DNA of 64,000 bases from Clostridia bacterium (lineage in GTDB: Bacteria > Bacillota > Clostridia > UMGS1840), in NCBI GenBank assembly GCA_045638525.1, contig JAZUBQ010000019.1, positions 8,418 to 72,417 on the forward strand, in the 5' to 3' direction. Each line of letters starts with the position of its first letter. Positions within the stretch are counted from its first letter, which is position 1. The notes beneath the pieces were generated by a model. It had not been told where the DNA came from and searched no databases. It saw only the letters and a list, made by a program, of their open reading frames with translations. This document shows positions 49,964 through 60,352 of the stretch, in pieces. The translations under genes and the position numbers were made by a program.

Positions 49964-50575
49964 TTAATACCCTAAACTTTCATCAATTAAAATGATTTCA
50001 TATTCCGCTCCTGCAGGCTTTGTCCACAACACAGAAAGATTTCTGCAGATACGATCAGGACTGTTGCAATCGTAACATTTGTCGGCATTCACAGCACAAG
50101 GCGTATTGCGGTTTAAGCGTTTAGCATTCATGGGTGCTGCAATGTTTCTTGCCCGTTGCAATGCCGAAGCATAATCGGGTGCTGCTTTGTTGGATCCAAC
50201 CACCAGATATACTTTGGAAGGTCCGTAAGAAATTGCTGCCACACGATTGCCGGTGTGGTCAATATTGATAATTTCCCCTTGTTCCGAAATCCCATTAACC
50301 GAACTTAAGTAAATTTCCGCTTGCGATGCCACCGTACGGGTTTCGGCAACACTCAAGTGTTCCGGCTTTTTGGCGTGCCAATATACAGTGTTATGGGTCG
50401 CAAGTTTTTCGAATATATCCAACTCCTGCAAGGTAACCGAACCACCCATTCCAACAGTTTTTCCGTCAATTTCCCGGTTGAGATATTCTGCCGCACTTTC
50501 TTTAGTGGAAAATACGGATACTTTGTATCCTTTTACTTCTAAATTGTTTTTTAACAGTGTAAAATCATATGCCAT
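49964..50575 (-). CDS. LUD-domain (lactate utilization / YkgG-like) protein
   Basis: GGSVTL, SSVNGI...GEIINID.TGNRVAA..YGP; C-terminal C..C.DC.SP.RIC. Confidence 0.85.
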   Translation of the reverse strand: MAYDFTLLKNNLEVKGYKVSVFSTKESAAEYLNREIDGKTVGMGGSVTLQELDIFEKLATHNTVYWHAKKPEHLSVAETRTVASQAEIYLSSVNGISEQGEIINIDHTGNRVAAISYGPSKVYLVVGSNKAAPDYASALQRARNIAAPMNAKRLNRNTPCAVNADKCYDCNSPDRICRNLSVLWTKPAGAEYEIILIDESLGY

Positions 50576-50716
50576 ATTTCATACCTCGATTGTTTATGAT
50601 GTTTTATTGTATCACATTTCTACCCAAATTTCAAGATAGAACAAAATTATTCCAAAACATCTTGCAAATTAAGCAACAATATGCTACAATCAAACCATAG
50701 AAAGGATGTGTATTTT

Positions 50717-52315
50717 ATGAAACTGCGAGAATTTTTCAAAAACTTTTTTACCAATGTCAAAGACGGAATCTCACGCTATTTCATTGCATTTATCTGCTCG
50801 ATACTGTTGTTTCTGACCATATCTTATCAAATTTTATCAGAATCAACTGCAGATGAAATCATAGTTCCTTTATGTATGACCTACGGATTGGTGGGTCTGT
50901 TCTCGGTTATGTTAAAAAGTGTGCAAGAGTATCTTTTTGAAAAACTAAGCATTTTAATTCAAGCCATTGTATGTACCCTTGCTGCCATTGCAGGGTTCTT
51001 GCTGATTTACACGCATTACGAATCTCTCTATATGATTATGGCTTACAGCGGTATTATGATTGCACTGATTTGCTTTATCTTTTTTGTCTTAATGCGTGGC
51101 GAGAACCGTGATACGGTCTTTCCGAAGTTGGTGACATCCGCCATTTTCGTATTTGCGGTCTGCGATGTGCTGTCTATCGGACTTTCCACCTGTATCTGGG
51201 CATTTCAATCGTTGATATTTAATTTCGATGACAGTTATAAAACATACGTTGTTGTCAATCTTTTTGTATGGACAATCGGCTACATCAACATTTTTCTCTC
51301 TTTCATCCCTAAAAAAGATGTTCCCGCACCACAATCCAAAATATTCCGAATTTTCGTTTTGTTTGCAGGATTGCCCTTATACATACTGTTAATTGTCATT
51401 CTTTTGGTGTATCTTGCAAAAATTGTGGTTACCTGGAATATGCCCATTGGCGAAATCAACTGGTTTGCTTCCTTTGCATCACTTTTCTTTATTTTCTTTG
51501 TATTAAGCGTACTGCAATATAAAGAAAAGTTTGCCAAACTGTTTGTGAAATTTGGCGGATATTTTTTAATTCCCGTACTGGTAATGCAAGCGATTGCCGT
51601 GTTTGAGAGAATCAATGCATACGGCCTTACCACCCCCCGAAGTATTTCCTTAGTGTTGATTTTGATTAGTATTCTGTTTATTGGCGGAACAATCATTGCA
51701 CCGAAACATTTAAACAAAATCGCTTTGGCATCCGGGATCATTGTACTGGTGGTTACGGTAACACCATTGAATGTAATTGATATGCCGATTGCCAGCCAAA
51801 CCGCCATTTTGGAAAACACCTTATTAAAAAATGATATGCTAAAGGACGGAGTGGTTACTCCAAATAAAAATGTGAACGAGGAAGATGCCGAAGCCATCCG
51901 AAGTTCCTATAACTATTTAAAATACAATGCAAACAAAGTTCCTGAGTTTATCGCAGATTCCAAAAAAGAGTTCGTCGATATTTTTGGATTCGTTGAATAT
52001 CAAAACGACTCCAAATACCATTACTTTCACTATACAACAAAAGATTCTGTGGATATTTCCGGCTATGACAGTATGATAAAGGTTGTTAACAATGATGATA
52101 CCATCACTTTTATGCACAACAATCAGCAATATCAAATCAACACAAAAGAGATTGCACAAGAATTATATGACCAATTTGGCACCGAACAAATTAAATTGGA
52201 ACTTTATAAAGTGGATGAATCTGTGGCATTGTATTTTGATTCCCTTTCAGGAGACGCAGAAGAAAACGTAGTAACATATCATCATTTCAACGGATATGCT
52301 TTGATAAAAAATTAA
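50717..52315 (+). CDS. DUF4153 family multi-pass membrane protein
   Basis: About 12 TMs; PLY...L.VYLAKI...W.MP.G and R..AYGLT..R motifs. Confidence 0.75.
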   Translation: MKLREFFKNFFTNVKDGISRYFIAFICSILLFLTISYQILSESTADEIIVPLCMTYGLVGLFSVMLKSVQEYLFEKLSILIQAIVCTLAAIAGFLLIYTHYESLYMIMAYSGIMIALICFIFFVLMRGENRDTVFPKLVTSAIFVFAVCDVLSIGLSTCIWAFQSLIFNFDDSYKTYVVVNLFVWTIGYINIFLSFIPKKDVPAPQSKIFRIFVLFAGLPLYILLIVILLVYLAKIVVTWNMPIGEINWFASFASLFFIFFVLSVLQYKEKFAKLFVKFGGYFLIPVLVMQAIAVFERINAYGLTTPRSISLVLILISILFIGGTIIAPKHLNKIALASGIIVLVVTVTPLNVIDMPIASQTAILENTLLKNDMLKDGVVTPNKNVNEEDAEAIRSSYNYLKYNANKVPEFIADSKKEFVDIFGFVEYQNDSKYHYFHYTTKDSVDISGYDSMIKVVNNDDTITFMHNNQQYQINTKEIAQELYDQFGTEQIKLELYKVDESVALYFDSLSGDAEENVVTYHHFNGYALIKN

Positions 52316-52326
52316 CTTCATAACAC

Positions 52327-52508
52327 AAAAAGGGTTCCGCAAATTGCGGAACCCTTTTTTATTTGTTTTGTATGGTAAGACGCAGAGAAAATGATGCAGA
52401 ATTCATCAACCAAGCCCGTAGGGGTTATCCGAAGCTGTACCATGTGTACAGCGAGCGATGAGGTTGGTGAATAGCAAAATCAATTTTGCGCTCTCGTTCA
52501 TTTTTCAA
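52327..52508. repeat. Structured intergenic repeat, family B, copy 2 (includes terminator)
   Basis: Homologous to 49782-49963, same orientation. Confidence 0.8.
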
Positions 52509-52511
52509 GCC

Positions 52512-55500
52512 CTACTGATTGGCTTTGGTGAGGTAGGACTGATATCTATCCTTCGCTGCTGCCTCTGCCGCTTCAAACAATTCTTTTGCTTCTTCGGGGA
52601 ATGCTCTCTGCAGAGCAGTGTAACGAACTTCAGTCTGCAAGAATTCCTGGAAGGATGCGGTAGGTTCTTTGGAATCTAAGGTGAAGGGATTTTTGCCTTC
52701 GTCTTTTAATGCGGGGTTAAAGCGATATAAGTGCCAGTAGCCACATTCCACAGCTTTCTTTTCCTGCATCTGTGCGCCGGATAAACCACCTTTGATACCA
52801 TGGTTGATACAAGGAGCGTAAGCGATAATGATAGACGGGCCTTTATGTTTTTCAGCCTCTCTGAACGCTTTTAAGGTCTGTGCCTGATTTGCACCCATTG
52901 CAACCTGAGCCACATATACATAACCGTAGCTCATTGCAATCATACCCAAATCTTTTTTCTTCACTTTCTTACCGGATGCCGCAAACTGAGCAACTGCACC
53001 GATAGGAGTAGATTTGGACGCCTGTCCGCCGGTGTTGGAATACACTTCAGTATCAAATACCAACACGTTGATATCTTTGCCGGAAGCTAACACATGATCC
53101 AAACCGCCAAAGCCGATATCATACGCCCAACCGTCACCACCAAAGATCCACTGAGATCTCTTGATTAAGTCACGTTTGTTTTCTAAAATATATTTTTTGT
53201 TATCGCAATCACAGTCACAAGCTTCCAATGCAGCAACTAACGCATCCGACAATGCTCTGGTGTTTTCGCCGTCATCAAATCCATCTACCCAAGCTTGAGC
53301 TGCCGCTTTCACGTTGTCATTTTTTGCGTTTGCAATCACATCTTTTACTTTTTCTAAAATTGCAGCTCTGGCAGTTTCACAAGCGGTATACATACCGAAT
53401 CCAAATTCAGCATTATCTTCAAATAAGGAGTTTGCCCAGGCAGGACCTTGTCCCTTCTGATTGGTGGTATAAGGCATTGCCGGAGCGGAACCTGCCCAGA
53501 TGGAGGAACAACCGGTCGCATTGGCAATCATCATTCTGTCACCATACAACTGAGTTACCAGTTTTGCATACGGAGTTTCACCACAACCTGCACAAGCACC
53601 GGAGAATTCCAGATACGGAACTTCAAACTGAGAACCTTTTACGGTGTCTTTGTTCATGGGGTTTTTCTTTTCAGGCAGAGCGATTGCGTAATCCCAGTTG
53701 GGAACTTCCACATCCACCTGACTTTCGATGGGTTCCATTACCAAAGCTTTCACTTTAGCAGGACAGTTCTTCGCACAAGCACCGCAACCGGTACAATCCA
53801 GTGCAGTAACCTGTACTCTGAATTCATAGTTATCGTAAGGTTTCAAGCCTTTTTTGGTGACAAAACCTTCCGGAGCATTCGCTTTTTCTTCTTCGGTTAA
53901 CAAGAAAGGTCTGATTGCCGCATGCGGACAAACATAAGAACACTGATTACACTGAATACAGTTTTCCGGAATCCAACGGGGTACATCTACTGCAATACCA
54001 CGTTTTTCATATTTTGAAGTACCCTGCGGGAAGGTACCGTCTTCTCTGCCTTTGAATGCAGAAACGGGCAATTTATCACCTTCCTGATTGTTGATCACTT
54101 CTACAACTTCTTTTACAAATGCAGGTGCATCGTTTTCTTTGGATGCTTTCGCTTCGGAAACTGCATTTGCCCAATCTGCAGGAACGATGATTTCACGAAC
54201 TTTGTCAACACCTGCATCCACAGCGGCGTTGTTCATGTTCACAATGTCATCACCTTTTTTACCGTAGGATTTTTTGATGGCTTCTTTCATATAAGAAACA
54301 GCATCATCTAAATTCATAACATTGGCAAGTTTAAAGAATGCCGCCTGCATGATGGTGTTGATTCTGCCGCCAAGGCCAATTTCTTTTGCTAAAGAAACTG
54401 CATCAATTACATAGAATTTAATCTTCTTCTGTGCCAGATGTTTCTTCACGTTGGCAGGTAAGTTTGCCATAATTTCTTCATCGGTCCAATGGGTATTCAG
54501 TAAGAAAGTACCATTTTCTTTCACATCGGCTAACATATCATACTGACTGATATAGGAAGCTTTATGACAAGCCAAAAAGTCTGCTTTTTTAATCAGATAA
54601 GTGGAGCGGATGGGAGTATTACCAAACCGCAAGTGAGAAACGGTGATACCACCGGATTTTTTAGAGTCATAGGAGAAGTATGCCTGTGCATACATATCGG
54701 TATGGTCACCGATGATTTTGATGGAGTTTTTATTTGCACCAACGGTACCGTCTGCACCAAGACCCCAGAATTTGCAACTGATGGTTCCTTCGGGAGCCAC
54801 ATCTACAGGAGCGGCATCCGCTAAGGACAGATGGGTTACATCATCATTGATACCGATGGTGAAGTTGTTTTTCGGTTCTGCCTCGGATAAATTGTCTAAC
54901 ACAGCAATAATCTGTTCGGGATACGTGTCTTTAGAACCAAGACCATATCTTCCGCCAACAATCAGAGGTTTATTTGGTGCACTTGCATATGCTGCACAAA
55001 CATCCAGATATAAAGGTTCACCCAAAGAACCGGGTTCTTTGGTTCTGTCTAATACCGCAATTTTCTTAACGGTTGCAGGAATGGCATCCAAGAAGTGTTT
55101 TACAGAGAACGGTCTGTACAAACGAACTTTCAGCATACCAACTTTTTCGCCTTTTTGGGTCAGATAGTCAATCACTTCTTCTGCCGCATCACAAACGGAA
55201 CCCATTGCGATAATGATTCGTTCTGCATCTGCTGCACCGTAGTAATTGAACAAGTCATAATTTCTGCCGGTCAGTTTAGAAATTTCTTTCATATAGTTAC
55301 GGCAGATTTCGGGAACTGCATCGTAGTAACCGTTACAAGCTTCTCTTGCCTGGAAGAAAATATCAGGATTCTGAGCGGTACCACGCAAAACGGGAGCATC
55401 CGGATTTAAGCTTCTTTCTTTGAATGCTTTCACGGCATCCAAATCGGTCAGTTTTTTCAAATCTTCATAATCTAACACTTCAATTTTCTGAATTTCGTGA

Positions 55501-56030
55501 GAAGTTCTGAACCCGTCAAAGAAATGCAGGAACGGAACTCTGGATTTGATAGTGGTTAAATGTGCCACGGACCCCAAATCCATAACTTCCTGTACGCTGT
55601 TTGCCGCCAACATTGCAAAACCGGTCTGACGACAAGCCATAACGTCGGAATGGTCACCAAAAATAGATAATGCGTGAGACGCCAATGCTCTTGCGGAAAC
55701 GTGGAATACACAAGGCAAGAGTTCTCCGGCGATTTTATACATATTGGGAATCATCAGTAAAAGCCCCTGAGATGCGGTATAGGTGGTGGTTAAAGCACCT
55801 GCCTGCAACGAACCGTGAACAGTACCTGCCGCACCTGCTTCTGACTGAAGTTCTACAACTTTTACTTCATTGCCGAAAATGTTCTTCTGCCCTTTTGCAG
55901 ACCACTGATCAACATTTTCTGCCATTGGGGAGGAGGGGGTAATCGGATAGATACCTGCCACTTCGGTGAACGCATAAGAAGCATACGCAGCAGCCTGGTT
56001 ACCATCCATTGTCATCATTTTTTTTGCCAT
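52512..56030 (-). CDS. nifJ: Pyruvate:ferredoxin (flavodoxin) oxidoreductase
   Basis: YPITPSS, SEAGAAG, GADGTVGANK, two 4Fe-4S motifs, GACAGCGE, GGDGWAYDIG, YSNTGGQ. Confidence 0.98.
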   Translation of the reverse strand: MAKKMMTMDGNQAAAYASYAFTEVAGIYPITPSSPMAENVDQWSAKGQKNIFGNEVKVVELQSEAGAAGTVHGSLQAGALTTTYTASQGLLLMIPNMYKIAGELLPCVFHVSARALASHALSIFGDHSDVMACRQTGFAMLAANSVQEVMDLGSVAHLTTIKSRVPFLHFFDGFRTSHEIQKIEVLDYEDLKKLTDLDAVKAFKERSLNPDAPVLRGTAQNPDIFFQAREACNGYYDAVPEICRNYMKEISKLTGRNYDLFNYYGAADAERIIIAMGSVCDAAEEVIDYLTQKGEKVGMLKVRLYRPFSVKHFLDAIPATVKKIAVLDRTKEPGSLGEPLYLDVCAAYASAPNKPLIVGGRYGLGSKDTYPEQIIAVLDNLSEAEPKNNFTIGINDDVTHLSLADAAPVDVAPEGTISCKFWGLGADGTVGANKNSIKIIGDHTDMYAQAYFSYDSKKSGGITVSHLRFGNTPIRSTYLIKKADFLACHKASYISQYDMLADVKENGTFLLNTHWTDEEIMANLPANVKKHLAQKKIKFYVIDAVSLAKEIGLGGRINTIMQAAFFKLANVMNLDDAVSYMKEAIKKSYGKKGDDIVNMNNAAVDAGVDKVREIIVPADWANAVSEAKASKENDAPAFVKEVVEVINNQEGDKLPVSAFKGREDGTFPQGTSKYEKRGIAVDVPRWIPENCIQCNQCSYVCPHAAIRPFLLTEEEKANAPEGFVTKKGLKPYDNYEFRVQVTALDCTGCGACAKNCPAKVKALVMEPIESQVDVEVPNWDYAIALPEKKNPMNKDTVKGSQFEVPYLEFSGACAGCGETPYAKLVTQLYGDRMMIANATGCSSIWAGSAPAMPYTTNQKGQGPAWANSLFEDNAEFGFGMYTACETARAAILEKVKDVIANAKNDNVKAAAQAWVDGFDDGENTRALSDALVAALEACDCDCDNKKYILENKRDLIKRSQWIFGGDGWAYDIGFGGLDHVLASGKDINVLVFDTEVYSNTGGQASKSTPIGAVAQFAASGKKVKKKDLGMIAMSYGYVYVAQVAMGANQAQTLKAFREAEKHKGPSIIIAYAPCINHGIKGGLSGAQMQEKKAVECGYWHLYRFNPALKDEGKNPFTLDSKEPTASFQEFLQTEVRYTALQRAFPEEAKELFEAAEAAAKDRYQSYLTKANQ

Positions 56031-56227
56031 AATGAAACGAATCTCCTTTTCTTGTATTTTGAAGCGGATTTTTTAGGAAGGAAACTTGTCCCTTACCTTA
56101 AAATATCCAATATTCACAAAAATTATTAGTTTTTTTGTAAAAAACCGTCAAATTGCCTAATGAATATACTTCATCATACCATTTTTTTGTGAATTTGTCA
56201 ATACAAAAAAGGAGATTCGTAAGAATT

Positions 56228-56467
56228 TCAGATGGATGATTTTGTCATCCATCTGAACAGACGCTGAGAAACGAAAATATAGTTTTTGAATTTGAATTCG
56301 TCGGCGTATGATGGCACGTTAGAGTTCAAATCCCAATAAAGCAAGAATGGTGCGGTTTTCCTCACGAAACCGCACCATTACCTGTATGTTTCACTTGTTA
56401 TTCAAGGCAATCATAGTATTCACTTTGTTTTATTACCTGCGATAGACTGAGTTTTTCAACAGTCTGA
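56228..56467 (-). mobile_element. MITE-like structured repeat, family A, copy 2 (inverted)
   Basis: Reverse complement aligns end to end with 11698-11937; flanked by imperfect direct repeats ATTCGTAAGAATT / ATTCGCAAGGATT. Confidence 0.75.
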
Positions 56468-56494
56468 AATTCGCAAGGATTTTATAGCAGTATT

Positions 56495-58009
56495 TTACAG
56501 TCTTTTTTCTTCTGCTTCCTGAACATCGGGATACGCAGAAAGCATAGGTTTGATATCTTTGTTTTTAAAGTGTCTGTCACAATAGTTTTTGGTGATTTTT
56601 ACTACCAAGCCGGACAATGCCAATACACCAATCAAGTTGGGAATCATCATCAAACCGTTGAAGGTATCGGAAATATCCCAAGCCAGAGAAGAAGTCAGTA
56701 ATGCACCTAAGAAAATGGTTACCAAGTGAATCACTTTATACAGTTTGGTGGATTTGGTACCGAACAGATATTCCCAAGCTTTGGTACCATAGTGGTCCCA
56801 ACCAAGAACGGTGGTGAAAGCAAACAGTAAAATTGCAATCGCAATGAAACGTTCACCCCATACACCGAATAACAAAGAGAATGCTTTTGCTACTAAGTTA
56901 GCATCGGTTGCGCCTTCGATTAAAACACCGGTTTCCAGGTTGATAACGCCGGAAGTCAGAACTACCAGAGCAGTCATGGTACAAACTACCATAGTGTCAG
57001 CAAATACTTCGAAAATACCCCATAAGCCCTGTTTTACAGGTTCCACAACGTTGGAGTTACAGTGAACCATAACAGAAGAACCTAAACCTGCTTCGTTGGA
57101 GAACACACCACGTTTGCAACCATAAGTAACAATTTCTTTCACTGCGATACCGGCAACACCACCCCAAACAGCAGGACCGGTGAATGCATAACGGAAAATT
57201 GCGCCAAATGCAGCACCAATGTTACGGAAGTTTGCACCAACGATAATTAAGCTTCCTGCCATAAATAAAATTACCATGAAAGGAACAACAGTTTCTGCAA
57301 AGTTTGCGATACGTTTTAAGCCGCCAAGAATAATCAATGCCGCAATCACAACCAGAATGATACCGATAATCAGGTGATACATAGAAACCTGACCGAAGGG
57401 AATGTTAGCCAATGCAGGAACCTGGAACGCATCTACAATGTTCACAACGATTTTGTTAATCTGTCCCATTGCACCAATCCCGAAGGATGCTAAGATTGCA
57501 AAGATAGAGAATAAAACCGCCAGAACTTTACCAATGGTTTTACAGCCTTTGAAGCTGCCAAGACCTTCCTGCAGGAAGTACATACTGCCGCCGGACCATT
57601 CACCGTCAGCATTTTTCTTTCTGAAGAAAATCCCTAACACGTTTTCGGAATAGTTTGTCATCATACCTAAAAATGCAGCAATCCACATCCAGAATACTGC
57701 ACCGGGACCACCGGCTACGATCGCTGCCGCTACCCCTGCAATGTTACCAACCCCGATGGTTGCTGCCAATGCGGTACAAAGAGCCTGGAACTGAGAAATG
57801 GATTTTCCTTTTACGTGACCGGAAACATCTTTTTTCAGTAAGCTTCCTAAGGTCTGAGAGAACCAGTGACCGATTTTAGTAATCTGAAATACACCGGTAA
57901 TCACAGTCATTACAAGACCGGTCAGAAGCAAAAGGTACAAACCTTTTCCCCAGACAAAGCTATTAACATTGTCGTTAAAGTTTGTCAACCAAGTTAAAAA
58001 ATTGTTCAT
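56495..58009 (-). CDS. Sodium:alanine/glycine symporter (AGCS family)
   Basis: SQFQAL..ALAATIGVGNIAGVA, GGPGAVFWMW, RGVFSNEAGLGS, EVFADT, MMIPNLIG. Confidence 0.95.
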   Translation of the reverse strand: MNNFLTWLTNFNDNVNSFVWGKGLYLLLLTGLVMTVITGVFQITKIGHWFSQTLGSLLKKDVSGHVKGKSISQFQALCTALAATIGVGNIAGVAAAIVAGGPGAVFWMWIAAFLGMMTNYSENVLGIFFRKKNADGEWSGGSMYFLQEGLGSFKGCKTIGKVLAVLFSIFAILASFGIGAMGQINKIVVNIVDAFQVPALANIPFGQVSMYHLIIGIILVVIAALIILGGLKRIANFAETVVPFMVILFMAGSLIIVGANFRNIGAAFGAIFRYAFTGPAVWGGVAGIAVKEIVTYGCKRGVFSNEAGLGSSVMVHCNSNVVEPVKQGLWGIFEVFADTMVVCTMTALVVLTSGVINLETGVLIEGATDANLVAKAFSLLFGVWGERFIAIAILLFAFTTVLGWDHYGTKAWEYLFGTKSTKLYKVIHLVTIFLGALLTSSLAWDISDTFNGLMMIPNLIGVLALSGLVVKITKNYCDRHFKNKDIKPMLSAYPDVQEAEEKRL

Positions 58010-58074
58010 AAAGAACGCTCCTTCCGCTAAGTAAAACTGGAGGGTAAAAAACAAATTGCCTTGTTTTTGCCAAT

Positions 58075-58112
58075 AAAAAAGCAGAGTTTTTTCCAATACA
58101 AAAAAACTCCGC
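58075..58112 (-). terminator. Riboswitch-controlled intrinsic terminator
   Basis: GCGGAGTTTTT...AAAAACTCTGC-TTTTTT on the minus strand between aptamers and gene. Confidence 0.7.
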
Positions 58113-58135
58113 CTCAAAAAAAGCAGTTGAAAGCT

Positions 58136-58312
58136 TTTCTCCGTCCTTTTGCCTGAGAGATTAACCGTAACATCGGTTTTGCACCTTCGGCATCCTTTGG
58201 TTTCCGTAGAAACCGGACTTCTCCGGAGCGCTATCCGTTTGCAGTCTTTACTTTAAAAGCACCTGAGAGAGTTACTCCTTCGGCAAGGCACACGCCTTTC
58301 TCCTGCATCCTT
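58136..58312 (-). promoter_or_regulatory. Tandem glycine riboswitch
   Basis: Two aptamers, each GGAGA...CCGAAGG.G.AA...CTCTCAGG...GAC, upstream of an AGCS symporter. Confidence 0.93.
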
Positions 58313-58347
58313 CACTTAGCACACATATTAATTTTTATTACCGAAAC

Positions 58348-58376
58348 AGTATATACCTTTTTTCGCTGATTGTCAA
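58348..58376 (-). promoter_or_regulatory. Sigma-A promoter for the riboswitch leader
   Basis: TTGACA-N17-TATACT. Confidence 0.75.
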
Positions 58377-58453
58377 CAGTTTTTGATAAATTTGTTAAAA
58401 AACTGTCAATTCCAATGAGAAAACTTGCATTTGCTTTCAAATATACTGAAAAT

Positions 58454-59404
58454 TTATACTACCCGACAGCGATTTTCACCGTTTATAAAACTTTTGATGT
58501 TGGCCTCAATTTCGTCAACACATCTTTGACGGGCATCACAAGCACCCCACGCCATATGCGGAGTAAACAACACATCATCACGATGCAACAGTTTCTGATA
58601 AGGGCTGTCTGCCTGCATCGGCTCGGTAGAATACACATCCACTCCAAGTCCACCGATTTTTCCGTTTAATACAGCATTGGTTACCGATTCTTCATCAAAC
58701 ACAGCACCACGGGCAACGTTCACCAAAACTACCCCATCCTTCATTTGGGACAGACGGTTTTCGTTAATCAGATGGAAGGTTCCATCGTTTAACGGGGTAT
58801 GAACCGTGATGATATCGCTTTCTTGGCATAAAGTATCAATATCCACACATTCAAATTCTGAAACCGGATTCCGTTTGTATGCCAAAACCCGGCATCCCAT
58901 TGTTTTTGCGATGGATGCCACTTTAGCACCAATGTTACCAAGACCGACAACCCCCCAGGTCAAAGCAGACATTTCCCGGAACACAGGCTCCACACGGTTA
59001 AAAATACCGCTTTTGGTATAATCGCCGGACTTCACGAATTTATCGTAAGTAAGCAACTTGGTTGCCAACGAAAACGCCATTGAAACCGTCAACTGCACCA
59101 CGCTGTCGGTAGAATAGCCCACCACATTACAAACAGCGATTCCGTGTTCACGGCAATAGTCAATATCCACATTGTCAAAACCGGTTGCAGTGATGCAAAC
59201 AAGTTTTAAGTTTTTTGCATGAGGAAGATTGTCTTTTGTTAATTTTACCTTATTTAAAATCAGAACTTCCGCGTCCTGAATTCGTTCTATCGCCTGCTCC
59301 TGGGTTGTGAGGTCATAAACCGTCACATCTCCAAGCTTATGAAGTCCCGATAAATCCAAGCCATTCCCCAGTGTTTTGACATCTAATACAGAAATTTTCA
59401 TCAT
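58454..59404 (-). CDS. D-isomer specific 2-hydroxyacid dehydrogenase (glycerate dehydrogenase-like)
   Basis: ATGFDNVD, GVVGLGNIG, HTPL, NVARG, DVYSTEP, TPHMAW. Confidence 0.92.
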   Translation of the reverse strand: MMKISVLDVKTLGNGLDLSGLHKLGDVTVYDLTTQEQAIERIQDAEVLILNKVKLTKDNLPHAKNLKLVCITATGFDNVDIDYCREHGIAVCNVVGYSTDSVVQLTVSMAFSLATKLLTYDKFVKSGDYTKSGIFNRVEPVFREMSALTWGVVGLGNIGAKVASIAKTMGCRVLAYKRNPVSEFECVDIDTLCQESDIITVHTPLNDGTFHLINENRLSQMKDGVVLVNVARGAVFDEESVTNAVLNGKIGGLGVDVYSTEPMQADSPYQKLLHRDDVLFTPHMAWGACDARQRCVDEIEANIKSFINGENRCRVV

Positions 59405-59416
59405 ACTATCCTCTCT

Positions 59417-60298
59417 TTATAAATCCACGCCTAAAAAATGCTTCGCCAACAATCCAACACCAAAGGAAACCACAGCAACACCAATACTGATGAGCGTCAT
59501 TTCCCAGAATCTGGGTTTGAATTTTTCATCTTTTGCCACACTGATATAATAGGAAAAACCTGCAATAATCAGAACCACCATCCCCAGCATACAACCAAGA
59601 GCCGTTAAATATTGACTGTTATCACAAAGAAGATAGGGCAACACCAAAAGTGCAACCGTAATTAAATATGCAATTCCTGTATAAGTACAGGATTTTAACG
59701 CATCGTTTCTGCCCTCACTTCTGGCAGAGAGAAACTCACTGGATGCCATGGAAAATGTTGCGGAAATCCCCATAATCAGACCGGACAACGCAACCAGACG
59801 GGTGTTTTGCATTGCAAAGGTAAACCCTGCCAAAGAGCCGGTCAATTCCACCAAAGCATCATTCATCCCCAACACCATACTGCCAACATATTGCAAACTT
59901 TCTTCATCCAATATGGCAAGAAGTGCCTGTTCGTGTTCTTCTTCCTGTTGGCGAATCATCACACTTTCTGCCACCTCTTTTGCCAGAAGCTCATATTCTT
60001 TTTGCGCGCCTGCTTCCCCTTTTTCCATCAGTTTCACAGCAAAAGTAAACCCAAACAAACGAGCCATCAGTTGATAACGGAAAAATTTTCCTGTTTGAGG
60101 CTTCATTTCAATACCGGTATAGCTTTTCCAGATTTCATAATGGGCTTTTTCTTCTCTTGCAAGGCGAAGAAGAGTTTCTTTATTTTCCTCTCCTTTGGCA
60201 AACTTTGCAATTTTTTCATAAATAACACTTTCATTCAGCTCATTTTGTTGCATTTTTTTCACGATAGAAAGTGCTTTGTCTGACAATGTTTTTTTCAT
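59417..60298 (-). CDS. Rubrerythrin-like/VIT1 (CCC1) fusion membrane protein (MbfA-like)
   Basis: N-terminal ExxH motifs (EEKAH, EEEHE); VLGMNDALVE and SMASSEFLS VIT1 motifs. Confidence 0.88.
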   Translation of the reverse strand: MKKTLSDKALSIVKKMQQNELNESVIYEKIAKFAKGEENKETLLRLAREEKAHYEIWKSYTGIEMKPQTGKFFRYQLMARLFGFTFAVKLMEKGEAGAQKEYELLAKEVAESVMIRQQEEEHEQALLAILDEESLQYVGSMVLGMNDALVELTGSLAGFTFAMQNTRLVALSGLIMGISATFSMASSEFLSARSEGRNDALKSCTYTGIAYLITVALLVLPYLLCDNSQYLTALGCMLGMVVLIIAGFSYYISVAKDEKFKPRFWEMTLISIGVAVVSFGVGLLAKHFLGVDL

Positions 60299-60352
60299 AT
60301 CAGTTTCCTCATTTTGTCAATATTTTAGACAGTATTTTTTATTATAAAAAAT

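Noticed and set aside
51280-51897. 205-aa antisense ORF and other long overlapping ORFs (for example 24636-25196, 53228-53758, 60499-61041, 30317-30883)
   Set aside because: They lie opposite or out of frame to well-supported genes and have no recognisable motifs; treated as shadow ORFs.
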